64,000 nt of DNA from NCBI GenBank assembly GCA_030141605.1, contig JAQGDQ010000465.1, positions 115,848 through 179,847 on the forward strand, read 5' to 3'. Both the position numbers and the translations under genes were made by a program. This DNA is from Tubiluchus corallicola. Its lineage: Eukaryota; Animalia; Priapulida. This document shows positions 50,247-60,833 of the stretch, piece after piece. Under the pieces are notes generated by a model. That model saw only the letters and a program-made list of their open reading frames with translations. It was not told the origin of the DNA and did no database searches. Position 1 is the first letter of the stretch, and every line of letters begins with the position of its first letter.

Positions 50247-53200
50247 CTAAAAAAATGTAATTTGTTATGTGGACTGTAAAAATTCCGTGCGCATCTCAGC
50301 TTAGGAGAAAGCAAATCTGGACATTTTTCAAAAGTGACAAAAGCCTGGACATAACACTAAAAGTGAGCATCAGACGTTCGAGTTTAATTCAAATGAGTTT
50401 TTTTAGTTCGAATTTTATTCAAATCTAAAACTATAGATTCGAATAATTCGGCACTTCTACTGTAAATGTTCTTTATCATTAAAATGTTTGAAACATCGTG
50501 CAATCAACTCAATTTTGCTGCGACTTCTGTGCACAATTTTAAAACAAATTATTACTATTTTTACTGCACAACAAACTCAAGTTTTTTGTGGGACTATTTT
50601 TTATTAGCGATTCGAAAAATTATCCGAAAATCTTCCCAACTAAATTCAAATTCCACTTGCATTTAAAATCTTGAAGTTCGCTTTTGGTTTGATTTGAGTT
50701 CGAAAGTCACAAATTTGATTCTATTCGAGTTCGCTTTCCGAATCAAAACAGTGGAGCACCTAAAAATGTTCAAGTCCATACTTACGACAAATAACTGGTA
50801 TGCCGCAATGACCGTTGCCGCCCAAGGAAACCCAATTGTGTCATACATAATGCCTCCAATCGAAGGTCCAGTAAATGCTCTAAAATGGATGCAAAAATCT
50901 CATTGTATGGATGCAAGAAAAATGTTACGAAATTAATATGTTACAAAAAACCTATAGCAAAAACATTAAAATATGTAAACGTGAAAAGCCATTTATCTTT
51001 TAACAGGCACCTGTAAGTACCTTTGGCTCTTTATGGTTTTAACCGTAATGTTTTACTGTAAGTAGCCTTGTTCTTTACGGTTTTAACCGTAATGTTTTAC
51101 TGTAAGTAGCCTTGGCTCTTTACGGTTTTAACCGTAATGTTTTACTGTAAGTAGCCTTGGCTCTTTATACAGTTTTAACCGTAATGTTTTACTGTAAGTA
51201 GTCTTGGCTCTTTACAGTTTTAACCGTAATGTTTTACTGTAAGTAGCTTTGGCTCTTTATGGCTTTAACCGTAATGTTTTACTGTAAGTATCCTTGGCTC
51301 TTTACAGTTTTAACCGTAATGTTTTACTGTAAGTAGCATTGGCTCTTTATGGTTTTAACCGTAATGTTTTACTGTAAGTAGCCTTGGCTTTTTACAGTTT
51401 TGACCATAATGTTTTACTGTAAGTAGCCTTGGCATTTTACAGTTTTAACCGTAATGTTTTACTGTAAGTAGCCTTGGTTCTTTACGGTTTTAACCATAAT
51501 GTTTTACTGTAAGTAGCCTTGGCTCTTTATGGCTTTAACCGTAATGTTTTACTGTAAGTAGCCTTGGCTCTTTATGGCTTTAACCGTAATGTTTTTCAAC
51601 TCCTTTTATCTATGAAACTTCACAATGAACTCTACATACATTTTATCCTTTCTTGTAAATATTGTTAATATTTTTTAATAAACATTAAGTATTAAATAAA
51701 TTAATTAACTAATTGAATTCATGAATAAATTTGGAGTTTTGGATAATACAATCACAATTCTATTCCCCAATACACGTTGCCGTTTACACGTTACATGTTG
51801 CGACTTCACTCTCAGGGAGAAGTTGCGTAACAAGTTGTCAAGCTGTTTACACATTGCAACTTTACTCTCGGGGAGAAGTTGCACAACAAGTTGCCAAGCC
51901 GTTCACGCGTTGCAACTTTACTCTCGGGGAGAAGTTGCGCAACAAGTTGCCAAGCCGTTCACGCGTTGCAACTTTACTCTCAGGGAGAAGCTGCGCAACA
52001 AGTTGTCAAGCTGTTTACATGCTGCAACTTCACTCTCAGGGAGAAGTTGTGCAACAAGTTGCCAAGCCATTCACGCGTTGCAACTTTACTCTCGGGGAGA
52101 AGTTGCGCAACAAGTTGCCAAGCCGTTCACGCGTTGCAACTTTACTCTCAGGGAGAAGTTGCACAACAAGTTGCCAAGCCGTTTACACGTTGCAACTTTA
52201 CTCTCAGGGAGAAGTTGCGCAACAAGTTGCCAAGCCGTTTACACGTTGCAACTTCACTCTAAGGGAGAAGTTGCGCAACAAGTTGCCAAGCCGTTTACAC
52301 GTTGCAACTTCACTCTCAGGGAGAAGCTGCGCAACAAGTTGCCAAGCCGTTCACATGTTGCAACTTCACTCTCAGGGAGAAGTTGCGAAACAAGTTGCCA
52401 AGTCGTTTACACGCTGTAACTTCACTCTCTGGGAGAAGTTGCGCAACAAGTTGCCAAGCCGTTCACAAATTGCAACATCACTCTAAGGTAGGAGCTGCAA
52501 GAGAAGTCACTACATCTCAAGGCACCATTAGATTGCTAAAGATGTAAAAAAAAAGATGTAAAGATGTAAAATAAAAAAACCTGATTAATTGCAAAAGATG
52601 TTTGAGTGCAAAGAGCTTACCCCAAAGCAACACAAGAATGAAATAAGCCTGCAACCAGGCCGTAGGTCTCAAAGTCATCTGGGTAACCATTCCACCTGAA
52701 ATGTTTCTTTTAACATTAACAGTTAACATACATGAGTCACATATATATGATTTTACAGGAAAGCAAAATGATTTTTCGTATACTACCCCCCCCCCCCCCA
52801 CATTGAAGTACTGTAAAAATTATACACTTTAACACATATCATACTGGCAAAGTGATTCTGATAATTAAATAATGGGTTAAAAGATTAACTAAAAAAACGT
52901 GAAACCAATGGGAGAGTCACACATAATAATTCACACGATATGTTAGCGCATGTTTTGCTACTTCGGCAACACTTATGTGACAAAACGAATGTTGAACGAC
53001 ATCGGTGCGACTATATGGAATAATGGTGATCATTTCACGATCATTCAACAGGATTTTCAATATTGCCAAAATATTAAAAACTAGTCGCAAAGTTCTTGCA
53101 GCATTGTCAAAATTGTCTCAACATGTTTTCCAAGTTTTCGCAAATTTTGAAATTGTTGACAAACATCGCAAATAATTGGAAACACATTTACAAATTTTTG

Positions 53201-56200
53201 GTGCAGGTTCAGACAACTTTACAACAGTTCGGAGAAGTTTGGCAAGGTGGCGAGTGTCGCGACTTCTGCGGCATACTTTAAACACTTTAAATTTTTTGCC
53301 GAAGCCAGCAACCGATTTCACCACAAATGTGTGCTACGTCACAAATGAACTGAAAGGTACGATGCCTGTTTTTATGCAATCTGGTTCTGAGTTGCAGGCA
53401 CTGTGTCCATCTAACTAACAAATGGCGAAGTGCACGCAACAGAACACGAATGTGAACTTAAATTTCCCTGGTAATAATTCTTTCACGTTACTCTCCCTTA
53501 AAAAACAATTATGTTCTCTTTCAATATTTTACACATTATAGATTATTTTGAGCTTCAGTTAAAAATTGGGTCCTGTTCCCCTTTAAACTGCCATATTTAT
53601 ACTGAACATAATCACGTAAGTCTAATAAAACTAATCACATTTTAAGACAAAAACTACCATTACAGACTGGTATTCTTACTTTGCTGCCGTAAGCATGTCC
53701 AACATGGCTGGAACTAACTGACCACCGAGTGATAATCCCTGCATCACTAGGCAAATTATAACAACCCACAACTGCCTGGAAGGAAATAAGAAGAAAGATT
53801 TTTAACAAATTTGCATTTATTATTATTAAAGTAACATCAGTAAGGTAATATAATCGCATAAGTTACAACAGGGGTGAGCAGACTGCGGCCCGCGGGCCAC
53901 TTGCGGCCCGCGAAGAGGTTTGTCAACGTAATGAAAGTGCGGCCCACGCGATCCAGCTGAAGTCCGCGCCAATATCGCAAAGATAGTGCAGGTAGTTTTT
54001 TCCTCTAGATCGGATGGCATTAACCCTTACAAGACCGTTGTCACTTAATGTCACTGTCGGACCTGACGAAATATTTGGTTTTTAATATGAATTTTAATAA
54101 TTTCTAAAATAGTTTTTTGAGTGTAGTATGCAGTAGTAATGATGTGCGCAAATCAGATGCAGAAAAATCGTTATAAGGTCCTACTGTACTTGGCTCCTTG
54201 ATCTAACTGCATGCGGCCCACAGAAATTGCGGGAATGTTTAATGTGGCCCGGTTAGTCAGATAATTTGCACACCCCTGAGTTACAAGATCAGATAGCCAA
54301 TGCAGCTTCAAAAATATTTTTCCATGCCCATAATGAAGCTGTTATATTCTTCTCTGACATCCTCTTAACAATGTTGTTCCTAATCTTTTTTCATATTTTA
54401 ACCCATTTTGTAGTATGATAAAATTGTACATTTCAAGATCTATAATACAATGTGGAAGCATTTCTTGTAATTAAAAACAGGTTAACTTAATTAATCTTAG
54501 GCGAGGCCAACTGGTGACGACATCACAAACTAACATAATTTTCAACAGCAGAAACATTCCATGAGCGGGTTGCGTGAGTTTGTGAAAGCGAAAATTGAAG
54601 TACAGTGTTACTGCAAACCATTCAGTGTGATATATAAAAATTTGGAAAATTTCATGTTTAAAAAAATTTAATTTAGAGTTTACCGCTGTGTTCACTGTGA
54701 GCTCTCAAACGTTTGCACTACATCACAATTGAACACGTCTGAACAGAAAGGTACAGCACCCATTTTTTGTGCAATGAATTTGGAGATGCAAACGCTAGTA
54801 CCCATCTAACTAACAAATGGTGAAATGTATGTAACAGCAACAAGCTAACAACGCGAACGTGCTTATTGCCATATTGTGGTAATAATTCCTTCACGTAAGT
54901 CATTCTTGAAAAAACTAGTATGTTCCCTTTAAATATTTTATAGGATAGATTGTTTTCAGCTCTAGTTAAAGATTGGGTCCAGTTTTCCTTCAGAGAATGC
55001 GATTAATGCGCTGCAGAGATGGCGCTGTCATACTGTAAAAATACTTAAATTTCCTCTGCTGGTGCAATGTCTTATTTCAGAAGATTATTTCCGATAACAA
55101 ACTAGATACTGGTCTTACCACAACCATTTAGCGCTACTACTAGGCCTGGCCATTGAGTGCTGGATGCTGCCTTGCACAGTGTAGAACTGTAGAAAACATA
55201 CTAAAACGCGGTCAACGTGCAGAATCGGACTTTCAGAATTACGTCCAGATGGTGTGGATAAATGTCCACTTTCATGGTATTAAATCATTGGTATCAAAAA
55301 CCAGCTTCCAAAGAAACTTAAAATAACGATACTTGTATCTATTCCAAACTCACTAAATGAGTCCAGACCTTGATATGAACTGGACTCAGATTCCACGTTT
55401 GCAATAATAGCACTACATATCAAAAAGGGCGCCGCAAATCGCAACACAATTTCACCGAGTACAGAGAATTTCTCACACGGCAAGAATCACACAAAGTTTT
55501 AAGAACATTGACTGAAAAACGATTTTCCGTTTAAGGAGTTAGTTCTTCAAATGCTTACTGTCCATCGATGTTGAAGATCGGCGAAGGACCAATGAAAACA
55601 AATGCCAGCATGTTGAATGTTGTGGCTATTGCCATGAGAACTTTGCACCGGCCCTGGCAAATACAAAAATACAATAATGCAAACAAAATTATTGCAAAAT
55701 CATTAAAACGGTGTAGCTATTGCCATGAGAACTTTGCACCGGCCCTAGCAAATACAAAAATACAATAAAGCAAACAAAATTATTGCAAAATCATTAAAAC
55801 GGTGTAGCTATTGCCATGACAACTTTGCACCAGCCCTGGCAAATACAAAAATACAATAATGCAAACAAAATTATTGCAAAATCATTAAAATGGTGTAGCT
55901 ATTGCCATAAGAACTTTGCACCAGTCCTGGCAAACACAATAATGTAAACAAAATTATTGCAAAATCATTCAAGAAGCAAATTATTGTGCTATAATGATTC
56001 TATAGAATCTATACCAATGCTAATTGTAATATCTGCTACATTAAAACACTTTAACCAAAAGATTAACAAACATTTTGCTTAATTGAATCTGGAAAATATT
56101 CGAAGCGTTCCTGGTATGTTTTGTCAGAAGATTAAAATGCGTTCACATGTAGAGAGTTCTCTTGCAACTGGTTGCATGCGTTGTCAGAAGATTAAGATGC

Positions 56201-59200
56201 GTTCACATGTAGAGAGCTCTCTTGCAACTGGTTGCACGAGTTGTCAGAAGATTAAGATGCGTTCACATGTAGAGAGCTCTCTTGCAACTGGTTGCACGCG
56301 TTGTCAGAAGATTAAGATGCGTTCACATGTAGAGAGCTCTCTTGCAACTGGTTGCACGTGTTGTCAGAAGATTAAGATGCGTTCACATGTAGAGAGCTCT
56401 CTTGCACCTGGTTGCACGAGTTGTCAGAAGATTAAGATGCGTTCACATGTAGAGAGCTCTCTTGCAACTGGTTGCACGAGTTGTCAGAAGATTAAGATGC
56501 GTTCACATGTAGAGAGTTCTCTTGCAGCTGGTTGCACGAGTTGTCAGAAGATTAAAATGCGTTCACATGTAAACAGCTCTCTTGCAACTGGTTGCACGAG
56601 TTGTCAGAAGATTAAAATGCGTTCACATGTAAACATCTCTTGCAACTGGTTGCACGAGTTGTCAGAAGATTAAGATGCGTTCACATGTAGAGAGCTCTCT
56701 TGCAACTGGTTGCACGAGTTGTCAGAAGATTAAGATGCGTTCACATGTAGAGAGCTCTCTTGCAACTGGTTGCACGAGTTGTCAGAAGATTAAGATGCGT
56801 TCACATGTAGAGAGTTCTCTTGCAGCTGGTTGCACGAGTTGTCAGAAGATTAAAATGCGTTCACATGTAAACAGCTCTCTTGCAACTGGTTGCACGAGTT
56901 GTCAGAAGATTAAAATGCGTTCACATGTAAACAGCTCTCTTGCAACTGGTTGCACGAGTTGTCAGAAGATTAAGATGCGTTCACATGTAAACAGCTCTCT
57001 TGCAACTGGTTGCACGAGTTGTCAGAAGATTAAGATGCGTTCACATGTAAACAGCTCTCTTGCAACTGGTTGCACGAGTTGTCAGAAGATTAAGATGCGT
57101 TCACATGTAAACAGCTCTCTTGCAACTGGTTGCACGAGTTGTCAGAAGATTAAGATGCGTTCACATGTAAACAGCTCTCTTGCAACTGGTTGCACGCCCT
57201 CTACATTTGAATGCGCCATCAGTCTTATAATGCATTTATAAACGTAATATTTACCTTAGTATCGCCAACCCAGCCAAACGCAGGGGCTAACCCAGCATAC
57301 AACGCTGATGGAACCAAGAAAATAAACCCAATTGTAGTAAAGGACAATCCAAACTGCAAAAATTGAAATTCAGCATAAAAAATTATTTCTGGTTCAGCCA
57401 GGTGAAAAGGAATACAAAACGTCATTTTACTAGGTGAAAGCAAAAATCAAAACGGCATAATTTTGATTTTTGAGAGAATACGTTCTAGACATACTTGAAA
57501 AATTACAAACTTTTAGAGTTAAGAAAACAACATAACTTTATTAAAATGTTTACATTAAAAAGTTAAAATCATGGCAAATGTTTCGACATGCTGCTGCTGT
57601 CATCATCAGTGGTAAATTTACAAACATTTATGTAGGCAGTTTATGTAGGCAGAGCCTATTATGCACTAATTAAGTAGTTAACAGAAATAAAATAGTTAAT
57701 GAATAAGCAGACCAGTAAAGAAATTGATACAGTAATTCAAGCACTGATTACGTGTTTACGAAAGCCAAACAGGTAATGATTAAGCAGACCTGTAGAAATG
57801 AAATTGATACAGTAACAAATAGCTAACTGTTTGAAAATAAAGTTTATGGAATTGAATAGTTTTGTACATTAAGAGAAAGTTTATTATAAGTACAGTTTTT
57901 AACTATAAATGTTTTTAAACGCCTGTAATAAAAATCAACTTAACAGATGGTTTGGAATGCAAGTCGGACCCTATGGTCAAATGGTGTGCTAGTGCACGTA
58001 AATATGTGTACGAACACTAAGTATTATGATACCTGAGGGAATTTTTTACAAAAACAGATAGAGATTTAAATTAATTCGCTTTAAAGAATATGAGTTATAA
58101 CTAGTTTAATATAATTCATTAATTAAGTTATAGTCGGGTGGTAAAGTTGAGGAGTTATAAATCGCATAAGTTTTAGGTCGATGATTACCTACAATAACAA
58201 ATTCAGATTAGCAGCATTAGCCCAATTCAAGAACTCATTCTCTGATCAGTTTCAATTTGAAACTAACCATAGAATAGCTAGAAAACTGTAGAAATTTGAA
58301 GAAACATAGTCCTTTACTTGACTTTTTCATGCTGGAAATTTACGCAAGCGCAAATTTAGAAAATATTGTACGATATTGAAAGTTAAAAAGGCAAAAAGTC
58401 AATAAATGGGAAATTTTCTAGGCATCGTAACGAAACCTGTAATAATTATTCCAGGTATTGTGTCTTGTTTCTCTTGGAAGGCTCGTAGAGAAAACCAGAA
58501 AAACTAGTTTATTAAGCGAGAATTCTACAACACAAAAGTATGAAGGAACGCGAAATGATTACACTAAACGTGAAAATCTGGAAAACGTTTAAGTGTATCT
58601 GAAAATACAAGTATATAAGAGAATGTGTAAGTGGCGTCAGCGTGAATAAGCGTGCATCTCTCTCAGTGGCCTGCTTTGCCTTATATAGCGTGCCCGAGAA
58701 GCTTCCGGAAGTTTTGTTCCAGAACATTCTACATGGTAAGATGATTATTTTAACGGAACATTCTACAATGTTCTATGCAATTCTAATAGACGCCAGCGAC
58801 CTCCACAACACCAGGAAAAGTTAGGAAAGTGATGCACGGTTAGCTAAACTGCACACACAGACAGTGAATTAACTAAAATTAAAAATAATTGATACCATGG
58901 CAAGATAGAGAGCTAATGTCGCCTCGAGAAAACCCAGTGACAGAGCTCCTCCTACAACATTGGAAGTCGCAATCAAAACCGACGGGATCAGCAACATACT
59001 TATGAAATTCTGGGAACCGCTTGATTGAGCATCTACAAAACACGGACAAGATCAATGACATTTTTGTGAAATTTTGGAAAACGTGGCTTGACTGAACATT
59101 TATAAAACACAGGATTAGTGACATCTCCGTGAAATTTCTCCACTGAGCGCTTACAGAACATGTTGATTACGACAAAAAGTATTAACGGAAAAATTTAAAA

Positions 59201-60148
59201 CTTGAATTAGCAACAGTACAATTTAACGTAACCAATTTAAGTACAAATTAACCATGAAAAGTACAGGTGAATAATTTGCACAGGTGTGTGCAATACAGGT
59301 ACAGGTACTGTACACACGTTTAAACTATGGAGGTCCCACAAAAAGTACATGCATTAATGGCAAAATCAAATGTCTTAAACTGCCTGCATCTGCCTGATTA
59401 TAAATGTAACTTTTGTTGCTTACAAAGTACATGTGCAGTTGTACACACTTAAAATTACATTAACCCTTTCATACCCGTTGTATCCCGTGGGATACGAGAA
59501 TATTTTCTGCCTTTAAAATTAATAAAATTTTAAAACTGATAGTTATTTGATCTGTTAATAGTTATTTTGATTTAAGCCAATAACAATAGACTAAAAATGG
59601 TGATAAAATGGTAAACTAGAAAATCTACATAGCATAAAAAACTGCGCAAGGTACAGTGCTTTAGACACGACTTTGTACAGATCAGCATAGCATGCATTCT
59701 AAATGTCTTAAATACTTTAAAAAATTATCAGCAGTTGCAAAATGAAGCAGATTTTTTGCTTCCATTGAATCCCAATGTATCCCGTGGGATAGAGGCTATA
59801 TTTAGCACGCGGGCGCAGGTAGAAAAAAATAATTATTATGTGTAAACAAGATGGACATACTGAACAAAAGCATGAAGCCAAAAAATTTTTTCTTATTAAA
59901 AAATAATTTGGGACTGAAAGGGTTAATTTCAAATTTATTTATTAGATGATAGTACAATTTTCTCCGTCTAGCTTAAGGTCAGATATTGCAGTTTTGCTAA
60001 TCACAATTCGTCACTAAGAACTTCTGTTACAAAAAGCATATAAAGCATCACTCTTACCTAACCTATTAGGTAAACACACATAGTTGAAGAACGCACCGAC
60101 GAACAGGAAAAAACCCATAACAGCGAACGGTAACACAAACCCACCAAC
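49986..60148 (-). CDS. SLC18B1: SLC18B1-like MFS transporter, 3' part (5' exons probably beyond the window end)
   Basis: Exons 60058-60148, 58896-59032, 57255-57353, 55559-55653, 53680-53775, 52621-52695, 50786-50879, 49986-50246 join in phase (1,0,0,2,2,2,0). Motifs VGGFVLPF, LGFLEATLALYL, FGLS..IGFIFL...YA..AP.FGW, FIGPSP, GYPDDFETYGLVAGLF and LGAFTGPSIGG...IGFPWA are typical of SLC18B1. Confidence 0.9.
50786..50879 (-). CDS. SLC18B1: SLC18B1-like exon (AFTGPSIGGIMYDTIGFPWAATVIAAYQLFV)
   Basis: tttag/gtaagt boundaries, phase 2-0. Confidence 0.92.
51010..51596. repeat. 45-bp minisatellite, about 13 copies
   Basis: Unit actgtaagtagccttggctctttacggttttaaccgtaatgtttt, with internal hairpin TTACGGTT/AACCGTAA. 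Confidence 0.97.
51780..52500. repeat. 56-bp minisatellite, about 13 copies
   Basis: Unit gttgcaactttactctcagggagaagttgcgcaacaagttgccaagccgtttacac, with GCAACTT/AAGTTGC inverted motifs. Confidence 0.97.
52621..52695 (-). CDS. SLC18B1: SLC18B1-like exon (WNGYPDDFETYGLVAGLFHSCVALG)
   Basis: ttcag/gtaagc boundaries, phase 2-2. Confidence 0.92.
53680..53775 (-). CDS. SLC18B1: SLC18B1-like exon (QLWVVIICLVMQGLSLGGQLVPAMLDMLTAA)
   Basis: tccag/gtaaga boundaries, phase 2-2. Confidence 0.9.
53869..54278. mobile_element. hAT (Charlie/Buster-like) MITE with 8-bp TSD AGTTACAA
   Basis: CAGGGGTG...CACCCCTG termini; TGCGGCCC subterminal repeats; TSD at 53861-53868 and 54279-54286 with central TA. Confidence 0.92.
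55559..55653 (-). CDS. SLC18B1: SLC18B1-like exon (GRCKVLMAIATTFNMLAFVFIGPSPIFNIDG)
   Basis: gccag/gtaagc boundaries; GPSP motif. Confidence 0.9.
55625..55969. repeat. 91-bp tandem duplication (about 3.8 copies) spanning an intron/exon junction
   Basis: gctattgccat begins at 55625, 55716, 55807 and 55898. Confidence 0.95.
56121..57197. repeat. 60-bp minisatellite, about 18 copies
   Basis: Unit ttgtcagaagattaagatgcgttcacatgtagagagctctcttgcaactggttgcacgag. Confidence 0.98.
57255..57353 (-). CDS. SLC18B1: SLC18B1-like exon (FGLSFTTIGFIFLVPSALYAGLAPAFGWVGDTK)
   Basis: tgcag/gtaaat boundaries, phase 0-0. Confidence 0.92.
58896..59032 (-). CDS. SLC18B1: SLC18B1-like exon (AQSSGSQNFISMLLIPSV...LGFLEATLALYLAM)
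   Basis: tgtag/gtatca boundaries, phase 1-0. Confidence 0.9.
59464..59922 (-). mobile_element. piggyBac-like non-autonomous element, copy 3 (reverse orientation)
   Basis: TTAA TSD; reverse complement of copies 1 and 2. Confidence 0.9.
60058..60148 (-). CDS. SLC18B1: SLC18B1-like exon (VGGFVLPFAVMGFFLFVGAFFNYVCLPNRL)
   Basis: tgcag/gtaaga boundaries. Confidence 0.9.
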
Positions 60149-60833
60149 CTGCAAAACACACGAGTAGCACAGAATGCTAACAAAACCTGTAAGACACAAA
60201 CTACTAAATCATAGCCACTACGGCAGCAGCAAGTACCGCACATCTGCGCATATTTCATGCCAGGAGGACACATTTTTTGCATCTGTTTGATATAGTTTAT
60301 GTTTGCTATCCAAACTACAATTTTTCTTTTTCTACATTTTTCCTCCTTCTTTATAAACCAAATTTAACTTTTAACTTTGTGAAAATATAGCAACTTAAAA
60401 ACACAAAAATATGATACGAGATGTTGATGTGATTTGTTTTCGTTTACAGACAGGCTGAAAACTTCTTAGCTGCAAAATCGCGCGAAGAAAAGCGTAGACA
60501 AGAAGTACAAAGAAACAGAAAACGAAGAATTCGGAAATGTTCAGGTTGCAGAATCGAATACATGTAAAAAAGAACAGGAAAAAAGACACAGGAAGAAAGA
60601 AATACCCCTAACCCTAAAACCTGAACAAAACATGATTCAAAACGTGATTTTTTTACACATACATGTAACGCCATCAAATAGTGTTGTCAATATATACTAG
60701 TCATGTATTGCCAATTATTAACTGATCTAAAATATCTTCTGTTTTATTACTTTAATTGTTTATGATACTTAAAAAGATTTTGACTGACTTCAATATTTTT
60801 ATTTGATTACATCACTTTCTTTCCTAGCCAACA

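Noticed and set aside
50087-50314. Alternative reading frame for the last SLC18B1 exon
   Set aside because: The upstream exon ends in phase 0, which selects the LFWTVLYIVTH frame ending at 49986.
51721-52547. 232- and 251-aa repetitive ORFs
   Set aside because: Open in several frames because of the 56-bp tandem repeat; intronic and antisense to SLC18B1.
56083-57241. Cys-rich 20-aa repeat protein (CQKIKMRSHVESSLATGCTS) resembling a zinc finger or metallothionein
   Set aside because: A 60-bp satellite broken by a 2-bp deletion near 56636, with a palindromic DNA origin and no splice or promoter context.
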